From sequence record DRR378314_95: 64,000 nt of DNA; one strand, written 5' to 3'. How positions within the stretch are numbered: the first letter of the stretch is position 1; the number at the start of each line of letters is the position of its first letter. The position numbers and the translations under genes are program-made. Below are positions 47,489-56,760 of the stretch, in pieces. The notes beneath the pieces were generated by a model. It searched no databases. It worked only from the letters and a program-made list of their open reading frames with translations, and was not told where the DNA came from.

Positions 47489-48487
47489 ATGACTGGTTCA
47501 ATCATCTGTTTTGGAGAGCTCCTCTTGCGGATGAGTGCGCCAGGTAACGAGCGTATCATGCAGTCTTCGCAATTCGGGGTTCACGTTGGCGGAGCTGAAG
47601 CGAATGTTGCGGTTTCGCTTTCGCAATTCAAGCACGACACGAAGATGGTCAGCGCACTACCAGACAATGTTCTGGGCGACGCAATTATTCGAGATTTGAA
47701 GAGCCATGGCATTCAAACCGAGCCTGTGCTTCGCGGCCAAGGTCGCGTGGGCCTGTACTTCTTGGAAACAGGTGCCGTGCAGCGCCCTTCCAGGATTGTG
47801 TATGATCGGACTGACAGCACGTTCACGACCACTCCTGCCGAGTCTTATGATTGGGACAGCCTACTTGATGAGGCAGACTGGTTGCACATTTCCGGCATTA
47901 CACCCGCAACCGGGCTGAACGCGGCGAGGGCTGCCCTCGATGCTACGTCGGTCGCGAAGGAGCGGGGCGTCAAAGTATCTTTCGATGGCAATTATCGTGA
48001 ACAACTCTGGAAGTCATGGTCCGGAGACGGTCCTCGGATTCTCGCGGAATTGCTCGATAAGGCGACATTGGCGTTCATCAATGAACTCGACATAAATCTC
48101 ATCCTTGGAACGCAATATACGGATCGATCCGACGCAGAACAGGCCGCATTCGAACGGTTTCCAGCCCTGGCCTATATTGCATCGACACAAAGACAGCAGG
48201 CCAGCGCCAATCATCACATGATTACCGGGCGTCTCGCCACACGGACGGATGTCACAATGTCGGTAGAGATGGATATGCCCAATATCGTGGACCGTATTGG
48301 GGGTGGCGATGCGTTCGCCGCAGGTATCCTTCATGGATTGATTGAAGATATGCCACCTCAACGCATTGTGGATTTTGGCATTGCCGCTGCCGCGATCAAA
48401 CATTCAGTGCCGGGGGACTACAACCGAGCGTGTATAGAAGAAGTGGAAGACCTGCTTTCGCAAAACGGTCTGGATGTGCGCCGCTAA
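47489..48487 (+). CDS. kdgK: 2-keto-3-deoxygluconate kinase (PfkB family)
   Basis: GGAEANVAVSL, GRVGLYFLETGA..RPS, HISGITPA, DRIGGGDAFAAG. Confidence 0.9.
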   Translation: MTGSIICFGELLLRMSAPGNERIMQSSQFGVHVGGAEANVAVSLSQFKHDTKMVSALPDNVLGDAIIRDLKSHGIQTEPVLRGQGRVGLYFLETGAVQRPSRIVYDRTDSTFTTTPAESYDWDSLLDEADWLHISGITPATGLNAARAALDATSVAKERGVKVSFDGNYREQLWKSWSGDGPRILAELLDKATLAFINELDINLILGTQYTDRSDAEQAAFERFPALAYIASTQRQQASANHHMITGRLATRTDVTMSVEMDMPNIVDRIGGGDAFAAGILHGLIEDMPPQRIVDFGIAAAAIKHSVPGDYNRACIEEVEDLLSQNGLDVRR

Positions 48488-48512
48488 GACGCGCACACGA
48501 GGAGGAAATTTG

Positions 48513-50105
48513 ATGGACATGACCCGCCGAGCCTTTGCAAGCGGCGCTGCTGGACTTGCCGCATCCGTGACTCCGCTTATGGGCTTCTCCCGCCACCCAT
48601 CTGATGATCCAGTCGCCCAAACCCGCCACGGCGCGGTGCGTGGGGTGCGGAAGGACGGAATCAACATCTTCAAGGGTATTCGCTATGGCACCGATACAGC
48701 GCAGACACGCTTTGCAATGCCCCGCCCCCCTGAACGATGGAAAGATATAAAGGAAGCCACCGAGTACGGATCGTCAGCACCGCAATTGGGCCGCAATGAA
48801 TCTATCAGCGAAGACTGCCTGTTTCTGAACGTCTGGACCCCGGGCGTAGCAGATGAGGGAAAGCGCCCAATCATGGTGTACTTCCATGGCGGCGCCTACG
48901 CCAGCGGTTCAGGATCTTCGCCTCTGTATGACGGTCACAACCTTGCGACAAAGGGCGACGTGGTTGTCATCACCGTGAACCATCGCTTGAACGCCTTTGG
49001 ATATTTGTCTCTCGGGCTTCTCAATCCCGATCTTCCGGATTCCGGCAATAGTGGCATGTGGGACCTTGTCCTGGCCTTGCAATGGGTTCGGAACAATGCG
49101 GAAAATTTTGGCGGAGACCCAAACCGCATCTTCGTATTCGGCCAGTCCGGCGGCGGAGCAAAGATTGCGACGTTGATGGCGGCACCTTCTGCCGAGGGCC
49201 TGTTTCATTCAGCTGCGACGATGAGCGGCCAGCAAGTAACTGCAAGCGGTCCGCTCAACGCAAAGGCGCGAGCTGAGAGCTTGCTGGGGTTCGTGGGCAT
49301 CGATCCGTCTGATACGCATGCCCTTCTATCCATCCCCATGGAACGATTGGTCGAAGGCCTCGCAACCAACGATCCGGTAAACCCGTCACGCGGCCTCTAT
49401 TTCGGCCCCGTCCTGGATGGACGCTTCCTGGCTCGCCATCCGTTCTGGCCGAGCGCGCCCAAGCAATCTGCGTACATCCCAATGATTCTCGGGAACACGA
49501 AAGACGAAACACGCAATCTCATCGGGAACAAACTACCCGAAGCGTTTGATCTTAGTTGGGAAGATCTGCCAGCGTTGCTGGCCAAACATATGCGCTGTGA
49601 CATCAGTCCGATCGAAGTCTTGTCGACCTATCAGTCCCTTTATCCGGACTATTCGCCGAGCGACGTATTCTTTGCCGCGACAACTGCGGGTCGCTCTTGG
49701 CGCGGTCAGGTCGAGGAAGCAGATGCGCGCGCCGCAGAAGCCGGGCCGACCTGGGTGTACCAGTTCGATCTGGGGTCACCAGAAGATGACGGAAAATGGG
49801 GCGCGCCTCATACGATCGATATCGCGTTCGCATTCGACAATCTCGGCATGTCTGGCGAATACACCGGTACGCGGGTCCCGGCGTCCGATGATTATGCGCG
49901 TGTTGCCGATGAACTTTCCCGCGCCTTTATCTCAATGGCCCGCTCCGGCCAGCCTAACCATGCCGGAATACCTGAATGGTCGCGGTACACACTGCCCGAT
50001 CGCAAGACCATGATCTTCGATACGACAACTCGTCAGGAGAGCGATCCTCGCCAAGGCGAGCGGGAACTCTTCGCCAAAGTACCTTTCACTCAATGGGGAA
50101 CCTGA
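48513..50105 (+). CDS. Type-B carboxylesterase, Tat-exported
   Basis: TRRAF signal after a GGAGG RBS, SEDCLFLNVWTP, HGGAY, GQSGG, GNTKDE, GAPH. Confidence 0.92.
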   Translation: MDMTRRAFASGAAGLAASVTPLMGFSRHPSDDPVAQTRHGAVRGVRKDGINIFKGIRYGTDTAQTRFAMPRPPERWKDIKEATEYGSSAPQLGRNESISEDCLFLNVWTPGVADEGKRPIMVYFHGGAYASGSGSSPLYDGHNLATKGDVVVITVNHRLNAFGYLSLGLLNPDLPDSGNSGMWDLVLALQWVRNNAENFGGDPNRIFVFGQSGGGAKIATLMAAPSAEGLFHSAATMSGQQVTASGPLNAKARAESLLGFVGIDPSDTHALLSIPMERLVEGLATNDPVNPSRGLYFGPVLDGRFLARHPFWPSAPKQSAYIPMILGNTKDETRNLIGNKLPEAFDLSWEDLPALLAKHMRCDISPIEVLSTYQSLYPDYSPSDVFFAATTAGRSWRGQVEEADARAAEAGPTWVYQFDLGSPEDDGKWGAPHTIDIAFAFDNLGMSGEYTGTRVPASDDYARVADELSRAFISMARSGQPNHAGIPEWSRYTLPDRKTMIFDTTTRQESDPRQGERELFAKVPFTQWGT

Positions 50106-50108
50106 TCC

Positions 50109-50621
50109 ATGAAACCAGTTATCTACATCACCATCGCTGCGGGTCTCCTAGCCGCCTGTTCTCAAGAGCCCGCTCAAACCCTGCAGAGCCAAGGCGACAT
50201 CGTGACGGAATTCGCCCCGGATGACCTGCCCGGACCAGTCCAGGCAGCCGTGTCAGCCGCCATGCCAGACATGACCGTTCAGGAAGTGCTGCGGAAGGAA
50301 CGAGACGAACGCGTGTACTTCGACGTCGAAGGTGAACGCGCGGACGGATCGGAAATTGAACTCGACATCTTGTACGCAGATGGCGTGGCGGAAGTGGTAG
50401 AAATCCAGCGCGACCTCGCCTGGTCTGATGTTCCAGCGACTGTACGCGAAGCCGCTCAGTCAGCGGGCGCAAGCGAGCCAGTCCGGATCATCGAAAGCGT
50501 CCAGACCGATGGAAGCATCATTTATGAACTATTCGCCGAAGGCCAGCCAAGTAACCCGGCCATGGAGGTCAAAACTTCGGACGGGCAGGTAGAGGTATTG
50601 GCGGAACGCTGGCCCCACTAA
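50109..50621 (+). CDS. Lipoprotein with two PepSY/BLIP-like repeats
   Basis: Lipobox LAAC, repeats LPGPVQAAV..YFDVEG and VPATVREAA..IYELFA. Confidence 0.65.
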   Translation: MKPVIYITIAAGLLAACSQEPAQTLQSQGDIVTEFAPDDLPGPVQAAVSAAMPDMTVQEVLRKERDERVYFDVEGERADGSEIELDILYADGVAEVVEIQRDLAWSDVPATVREAAQSAGASEPVRIIESVQTDGSIIYELFAEGQPSNPAMEVKTSDGQVEVLAERWPH

Positions 50622-50648
50622 ATCCGGCGGTGCCCTCTTGCGGAATAA

Positions 50649-50664
50649 ATGACACCGGTTACCA
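50649..50664 (+). promoter_or_regulatory. LacI operator upstream of the TRAP operon
   Basis: ATGACACCGGTTACCA, identical to 45908-45923. Confidence 0.78.
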
Positions 50665-50777
50665 TAGACAAATGTTGCGCGAGCTGCCCCATTGAATGTG
50701 GGCGAGATAATTGCCGCGGGGAGGAAGATGATGAGACGCGTTCGAGTGGCGAACACACAGCCGGACCGGTGCGCCGG

Positions 50778-51785
50778 ATGAGCGGAACGACGTTCCATAT
50801 GACGCGTAGGCAGTCTCTGCTTGCTATCGGAGCCACTGCCGCACTCACCGCATGTGGCGAACGCTCTGGCAGGGATCTGCTCAGCGCAGATTCTCATCCG
50901 GACGGTTATCCAACTGTCGAAGCCGTACGGGAAATGGGCCGCCTGCTGAATGAGCGCAGTGGCGGTCGCCTCCGCATCAAAATGTATGCTGGCGGTCAGT
51001 TGGGGTCAGAGCGGGATACTCTGGAAATCACGACGTTTGGCGGGTTGGACTTGAATCGGGTCAACCTTGCACCGCTGAACTCAATCGAGCCACTGACGAC
51101 CGTTCCTGCCCTCCCCTTCCTGTTTTCTTCGACCGCGCACATGCGAACAGCGCTCGATGGACCAGTGGGGGATCGCATTCTAGACTCCCTCGCTCCCCAC
51201 GACCTGATCGGACTGTGTTTTTATGATTCCGGCGAGCGCAGCTTTTACAATACTCGAAAACCAATCCTGACACCGGACGATATGCTCGGCCTGAAAATAC
51301 GTGTGCCGAACTCAGACTTGTACGTCGCAATGATCAAAGCGCTGGGCGCAGATGCCACGCCAATGTCGCTTGGCGAAGTCTATCAGGCGCTCGTGCAGGG
51401 GGTGATCGACGGCGCTGAAAATAACTGGCCATCATTTGAAAGCGGGCGCCACTTCGAAGCGGCACCCTACTACAGTTTGACCCGGCACATCATCGCGCCG
51501 GAAGTTTTGGTAATGTCGGCGAGCCGTTGGAGAAAACTGTCAGACGCTGACAAGACCCTTGTGAAACAAGCCGCCCGGGACTCCGTTTCCTACATGCGCC
51601 AGCTATGGGACGCACGCGTCGAACAATCCCGCGCCACGATTATGGCGTCCGGCGTTGAAGTAAATGAAGTCTTGGATCTAAGCGCTTTTCAGGAACAGAT
51701 GCGCCCAGTGTGGGACCGTTTTGTCAAAACTGATGCGCAAAAGGAATTGGTCGCAGCAATCGAGAAGATGAGGCCAGCCTCGTGA
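50778..51785 (+). CDS. TRAP solute-binding protein (DctP family), Tat lipoprotein, probably uronate-binding
   Basis: TRRQSLL..LTAC, GGQLGSE, GLKIRVP, EVYQAL..GVIDGAENN. Start at 50778 or 50799. Confidence 0.92.
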   Translation: MSGTTFHMTRRQSLLAIGATAALTACGERSGRDLLSADSHPDGYPTVEAVREMGRLLNERSGGRLRIKMYAGGQLGSERDTLEITTFGGLDLNRVNLAPLNSIEPLTTVPALPFLFSSTAHMRTALDGPVGDRILDSLAPHDLIGLCFYDSGERSFYNTRKPILTPDDMLGLKIRVPNSDLYVAMIKALGADATPMSLGEVYQALVQGVIDGAENNWPSFESGRHFEAAPYYSLTRHIIAPEVLVMSASRWRKLSDADKTLVKQAARDSVSYMRQLWDARVEQSRATIMASGVEVNEVLDLSAFQEQMRPVWDRFVKTDAQKELVAAIEKMRPAS

Positions 51786-52291
51786 TACACCTTTTGACGA
51801 AAACCACTCACATTGCAGCCGACTGGTTGGTACGCATTGCGGCTGTGGGCCTTGTCCTCATGACACTGATTATCGGCTGGCAGGTGTTCGGGCGTTACGT
51901 CCTCAAATCTACGCCCTCCTGGTCTGAACAGGCATCGCTTGCCTTGATGATCTGGTATGTCTCGCTCGCCGCAGCGGCCGGCGTGCGCGAGGGATTCCAC
52001 ATACGCATCGTCGCCCTCGAAAATGCTGTAGGCCCCAGAACGCGTCTGTGGATGCGTATCGCGTCCAACATCGTCGTCGGCGCCTGCGGGGTTGCGATGC
52101 TGGTCTGGGGTGGTCAGCTCGTCACCAAGACTTGGGGGCACGTCATACCATCGCTCGGCATTCCACGTGGTTTGGCCTATCTGGGACTTCCCATCGCGGG
52201 GGCGTTGATGGCCCTCTTCTCGGTGGAACGGGTGCTGGAAGAGATATCCGGCGAGAAAATCGAAGACGAGGAGGATCCGAGATGGAGCTGA
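51782..52291 (+). CDS. TRAP small permease (DctQ)
   Basis: QVFGRYVL..PSWSEQ, REGFHIRI, 4 TM. Confidence 0.92.
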   Translation: MIHLLTKTTHIAADWLVRIAAVGLVLMTLIIGWQVFGRYVLKSTPSWSEQASLALMIWYVSLAAAAGVREGFHIRIVALENAVGPRTRLWMRIASNIVVGACGVAMLVWGGQLVTKTWGHVIPSLGIPRGLAYLGLPIAGALMALFSVERVLEEISGEKIEDEEDPRWS

Positions 52292-53559
52292 TTATTCTGG
52301 TCAGTGTACTTGTTGTCCTGCTCGCGCTTGGTGTGTCAGTGGCCTATTCGCTACTGGGGTCCGCTATGGCGACGTTCCTGGCACTGGATATTCCCCTTGT
52401 CGTCGTATTCCAGCGCATGGCGGCGGGCGTCAGTGTTTTCACACTGATGGCAATCCCCTTCTTCATTTTCGCAGGAGACCTGATGTACCGATCAGGCATC
52501 GCGAAGCGACTGGTAGAGGTAGCAGAAGGCGCATTTGGACGAACACGAGGCGGACTTGGGCTCGTCAACGTTGGGGCGTCCACCATGTTCGGAGCTGTTT
52601 CCGGGTCTGCGATCGCCAGCGCATCCGCGATGGGCTCAACTCTCATGCCGCTAATGCGCGAGCGTGGTTATGATGGTGACTACACCGTGAACGTAACGGT
52701 CACAGCCGCAATCGTTGGCCTCCTTGTTCCGCCATCGCACAACATGATCATCTACTCCGCAGCGAGTGGAATAGGTGTCTCTATCGGCGACCTGTTCCTT
52801 GCGGGCATCATTCCCGGCATCATGACAGCAGCCCTGCTGATGTTTGTTGCATGGCGCGTGGCTGTAAAACGCGGCTATGCCAGCGGCGCGTTTCCGGGCT
52901 GGCGCAGTTTTTTGCGAGCCCTCTTGTTTGCTGTACCAGGATTGCTCACCGCCATTATCATCATGGGTGGAATTCTGTCTGGCATCTTCACTGCAACAGA
53001 ATCGTCTGCAATCGCTGTAATCTACACAATTGCGGTCGGCGCATTCGTCTATCGCACTCTGGGCTGGCAACGATTTTCAGAGGCTGCGATGCAGTCTGTG
53101 AAGATTACGGCCATGGTATTGTTGATAATCGGCGCGGCGACAGCTTTTGGCTATGCGCTTGCAATCCTTGAAGCGCCCGCACAGCTCGCCGACATGATCA
53201 CATCAGCGACCAGTAATCCGATCCTCGTACTGTTGATCGTCAACGTAATCCTGCTCGTACTCGGCACATTCATGGATATGTCGCCTCTAATCATCATAAC
53301 GACCCCGATCCTGTTGCCTGTCGTTATGGAAGTGGGCGTGGATCCCGTTCACTTCGGTATCGTCATGATGCTGAATTTGGGGATCGGCTTGGTAACACCG
53401 CCCGTGGGATCAGTCCTCTTTGTCGGATCCGCAGTTGGCAAAGTACCGGTAGAAGAGGCCGTCAAAACGATCTGGCCATTTTATGGCGCGTTACTGCTGG
53501 CGCTGATGATCATCACATTCATTCCCGCGATCTCACTGGCCCTGCCAAATTTGTTCTAA
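52282..53559 (+). CDS. TRAP large permease (DctM)
   Basis: AIPFFIFAG, GAVSGSA, VPPSHNMIIY, GIFTATES, GLVTPPVG. ATG at 52282 follows a GAGGAGG RBS. Confidence 0.94.
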   Translation: MELIILVSVLVVLLALGVSVAYSLLGSAMATFLALDIPLVVVFQRMAAGVSVFTLMAIPFFIFAGDLMYRSGIAKRLVEVAEGAFGRTRGGLGLVNVGASTMFGAVSGSAIASASAMGSTLMPLMRERGYDGDYTVNVTVTAAIVGLLVPPSHNMIIYSAASGIGVSIGDLFLAGIIPGIMTAALLMFVAWRVAVKRGYASGAFPGWRSFLRALLFAVPGLLTAIIIMGGILSGIFTATESSAIAVIYTIAVGAFVYRTLGWQRFSEAAMQSVKITAMVLLIIGAATAFGYALAILEAPAQLADMITSATSNPILVLLIVNVILLVLGTFMDMSPLIIITTPILLPVVMEVGVDPVHFGIVMMLNLGIGLVTPPVGSVLFVGSAVGKVPVEEAVKTIWPFYGALLLALMIITFIPAISLALPNLF

Positions 53560-53561
53560 GC

Positions 53562-54569
53562 CTAGTCGCCGCAAATGTCCTGAACACTGCTTCGAACAAC
53601 CAATTCGGTTGGCAGCATCTCGTGGACAACAGGCATGTCCTGTCCCGTCAGCATGTCCGACATCAGAGCCATGGCAACCTCTCCAATCTTTTCGGCCGGC
53701 TGCATCACTGTCGTCAGCGGCGGTGTGCAGTATTTTCCGAACTCGATGTTGTCGAACCCGGAAATCGAAAGGTCTCCTGGCAAATCATAGCCGAGGTCAT
53801 GGGCTGCGCGGATCGCCCCAATCGCTATCTCGTCGCTCATACAGAACAATGCCGTCAGATGTCGCGCTCGAGAAAGCAATCGCTGCGCCGCCTGCTCTCC
53901 CCCGCCCATGGAGTATGGCGCGTACTCAACGATCGTATCATCGAAATCCAGGCCCGCATCTGCGATAGCATCCTTGATCCCCTTCAATCGCTCTTGCGTG
54001 ACGAGGCGGTTTTGAAGACCAGCAATCACCCCAATGCGACGATGTCCTTGTACGGTGAGATGACGTGCCATCATGGCAGAGGATGATCGGTCATCAATTC
54101 CCACGGTCGGATACGCGCCACGGGGATCAGCGCTAATCGCCTGCACAAATGGTATCTGAGCATGCTCTTCATTGGGTAGAAGTTCGTTCAATGGTCGCTC
54201 CCCCAACTGGATCACGCCATCGGCGCGATAAGTCTGCACCATTTCGATTCCGACACGCTCAATATCCATATCGTCTCCAGTGTCAGAGACGATGAGATTG
54301 AGCTTTGACTCGACCGCGCCCCGTTCGATTCCGGATACCACTCGCGCGAAAAACACGTTGGCAATGTCGGGCACCATGACCAAAACAGTGTTGGTTCGCT
54401 TTTCGCGGAACAGCTGCGCAAGGGAACTTGGTTTGTATTTGAGTTCGGTTGCTGCCGCCAATACGCGCGCCAGTGTACCCTTTGACAGTTTTTCCGGATC
54501 AGAAAACGCCCGCGATACCGTCGCCGGGGAAACCCCTGCACGTCGGGCCACATCTCGAATCTGTGCCAT
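53562..54569 (-). CDS. LacI-family regulator of the symporter/GH3 module
   Basis: IRDVARRAGVSPATVSR, PDIANVFF, SDEIAIG, SISGFDN. Confidence 0.93.
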   Translation of the reverse strand: MAQIRDVARRAGVSPATVSRAFSDPEKLSKGTLARVLAAATELKYKPSSLAQLFREKRTNTVLVMVPDIANVFFARVVSGIERGAVESKLNLIVSDTGDDMDIERVGIEMVQTYRADGVIQLGERPLNELLPNEEHAQIPFVQAISADPRGAYPTVGIDDRSSSAMMARHLTVQGHRRIGVIAGLQNRLVTQERLKGIKDAIADAGLDFDDTIVEYAPYSMGGGEQAAQRLLSRARHLTALFCMSDEIAIGAIRAAHDLGYDLPGDLSISGFDNIEFGKYCTPPLTTVMQPAEKIGEVAMALMSDMLTGQDMPVVHEMLPTELVVRSSVQDICGD

Positions 54570-54671
54570 GCGCGCCCTCCCCCGGACACCATTCAATTAC
54601 CCACGCTCTACCGCGGAAACTGGCGTGCCGCGTGCAGAGCCAGCCTCCATCAAACACTATCGATCCTTGCA

Positions 54672-54687
54672 ATGAAACCGGTTGTAT
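54672..54687. promoter_or_regulatory. Putative operator for the second LacI
   Basis: ATGAAACCGGTTGTAT, imperfect palindrome with an AACCGGTT core in the divergent promoter. Confidence 0.6.
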
Positions 54688-54816
54688 AGAATGCTCTGTC
54701 GTAAAGGTGTTCACAGAATGATGCCGTAGGCAGTCCATCGGACTGGAAGAAAGAAAGAGATCGCGGTGTCTGCCCTGAAATAAAGCGGGGCTGGTCTGCA
54801 CTCGGGGGAGCAACAG

Positions 54817-56760
54817 ATGGCTCTGCATGCGATCGATATCGCTGTAATTGCGGCCTATATCGGTTTGACATTGATCCTCGGATTCTGGATTTCCAGCCGC
54901 GCCAAGGCTGGCATGCGAAGCTATTTTCTTGGCGGAAACCGCCTGCCCTGGTATGCGCTCGGCTTATCGAACGCCTCAGGAATGTTTGATGTCGCTGGCA
55001 CAATGTGGCTCGTCTCCATCCTGTTTGTATATGGCCTCAAGAGCATATGGATCCCCTGGCTGTGGCCAGTTTTCAATCAGATCTTCCTGATGGTCTTCCT
55101 GTCGATATGGCTCAGGCGCTCGGGCGCCATGACGGGGGCAGAATGGATTACGTTTCGCTTCGGAGACGGAACTGCCGCGCGGCTTAGCCACCTCATCATC
55201 GTCCTCTTCGCTCTTATTCTGGTTTTGGCTTACATGGCGTACGGATTTCTGGGCATCGGAAAGCTCGCCGCCCAATTCATCCCGTTTGATCTAGCCACCA
55301 CGCTGCATCTCGATGTCTTTTTGCCGCGGTCTCTTCAGGTAGCGGGACTTTCCGGCGACGACTCGCTCCAGCGAAACGCCTTGATGAGCGGGCTGAACGA
55401 GAAAGCCTACGGCGTCTGCTTCATCATCCTGACCTCACTCTATGTCATCAAGGGTGGGATGTATTCGGTGGTCTTCACAGAGGTTCTTCAGTTCGTCGTG
55501 ATGACACTGGCGAGTATCGGCGTTGCGGTGATCGCGATGATGCATGTTTCGCCAGATATGCTGGCAGCCGCCATTCCCGAAGGCTGGACGAGTCCGTTCT
55601 TTGGTTGGGAACTTGGCCTGGACTGGGCAGAGTTGATGCCATCAGCGAACGCGAAGATCGCAACGGAAGGCTACTCCCTTTTTGGAATATTCTTCATGCT
55701 GGTTTTGCTGAAAGGCGTCTTCACATCGCTCGCAGGGCCTGCGCCAAACTACGACATGCAAAGAATTCTATCCGCACGCTCTCCCGTCGATGCAGCCAAA
55801 ATGAGCGCGCTCGTAAGTGTGGTCCTGAACTTGCCTCGATATCTTTTCGTCACCGGCCTAACGGTTCTCGCGCTTGTGTATTTCAGTCCGTATCTGAGAG
55901 AAATGGGGCCAGATGCAGATTTCGAATCTGTCCTGCCCTTTGCTCTGAAAGAGTTTATCCCGGCTGGTCTGTTAGGCCTAACGCTTGCCGGCCTCCTGGC
56001 AGCATTTATGTCCAGCTTCGCGGCGCCGCTGAACGCTGCTCCCGCATACATCGTCAACGACATTTACAAAAAGTATTTCCGTCCGAACGCCCCGGAGAAG
56101 ACTTATCTGAGGATGAGCTATATCACGTCCACGATATTCGTCATTCTCGGGACAGTTTTCGGCCTCTTTCTAACCAGCATAGATATGTCCATCAAATGGA
56201 TCACCGCTGGCCTGTATGGCGGGTACACCGCTGCAAATGTCGTCAAATGGTATTGGTGGCGAATGAACGGGTACGGCTATTTCTGGGGAATGCTGACCGG
56301 AATTATTGCTGCGCTCGCTCTGGGCCTTCCTCAGATCGACATTAACCCGCTCCTCGCCTTCCCATTCTTCTTTGCCGCCTGCTTGGTTGCTGTGATCGTC
56401 GGATCCTTAATGACACCTGCAACCAATATGGAAACTCTGGAAGAGTTTTATCGAAAGACCCGCCCTTGGGGTCTCTGGAAACCCGTTTCAGATTCACTTG
56501 CCGCCAAGGGCCAGTCCGTACCCGAGAACTCGAACATGGGAAGAGACCTTCTGAACGTAGCCATTGGCATAATCTGGCAAACAGCGTTGATCTGCACACC
56601 GATATTCCTGGTGATTCAGGATTGGACGAAACTCTCCATCTCAGCCCTCATCGTCATTGCGACCAGCTTAATCCTGAAAGTAAACTGGTACGATCGGCTG
56701 GAAGACGACGCTACGCCCCCAGAAAGCCCGGCAACTTCACTCTCTGAGGCTCAAGCATGA
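54817..56760 (+). CDS. Sodium:solute symporter (SSS), probably for a sugar
   Basis: SYFLGGNRLPW, GGMYSVVFTEVLQF, DMQRILSA, GLLAAFMSS, about 14 TM. Confidence 0.92.
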   Translation: MALHAIDIAVIAAYIGLTLILGFWISSRAKAGMRSYFLGGNRLPWYALGLSNASGMFDVAGTMWLVSILFVYGLKSIWIPWLWPVFNQIFLMVFLSIWLRRSGAMTGAEWITFRFGDGTAARLSHLIIVLFALILVLAYMAYGFLGIGKLAAQFIPFDLATTLHLDVFLPRSLQVAGLSGDDSLQRNALMSGLNEKAYGVCFIILTSLYVIKGGMYSVVFTEVLQFVVMTLASIGVAVIAMMHVSPDMLAAAIPEGWTSPFFGWELGLDWAELMPSANAKIATEGYSLFGIFFMLVLLKGVFTSLAGPAPNYDMQRILSARSPVDAAKMSALVSVVLNLPRYLFVTGLTVLALVYFSPYLREMGPDADFESVLPFALKEFIPAGLLGLTLAGLLAAFMSSFAAPLNAAPAYIVNDIYKKYFRPNAPEKTYLRMSYITSTIFVILGTVFGLFLTSIDMSIKWITAGLYGGYTAANVVKWYWWRMNGYGYFWGMLTGIIAALALGLPQIDINPLLAFPFFFAACLVAVIVGSLMTPATNMETLEEFYRKTRPWGLWKPVSDSLAAKGQSVPENSNMGRDLLNVAIGIIWQTALICTPIFLVIQDWTKLSISALIVIATSLILKVNWYDRLEDDATPPESPATSLSEAQA

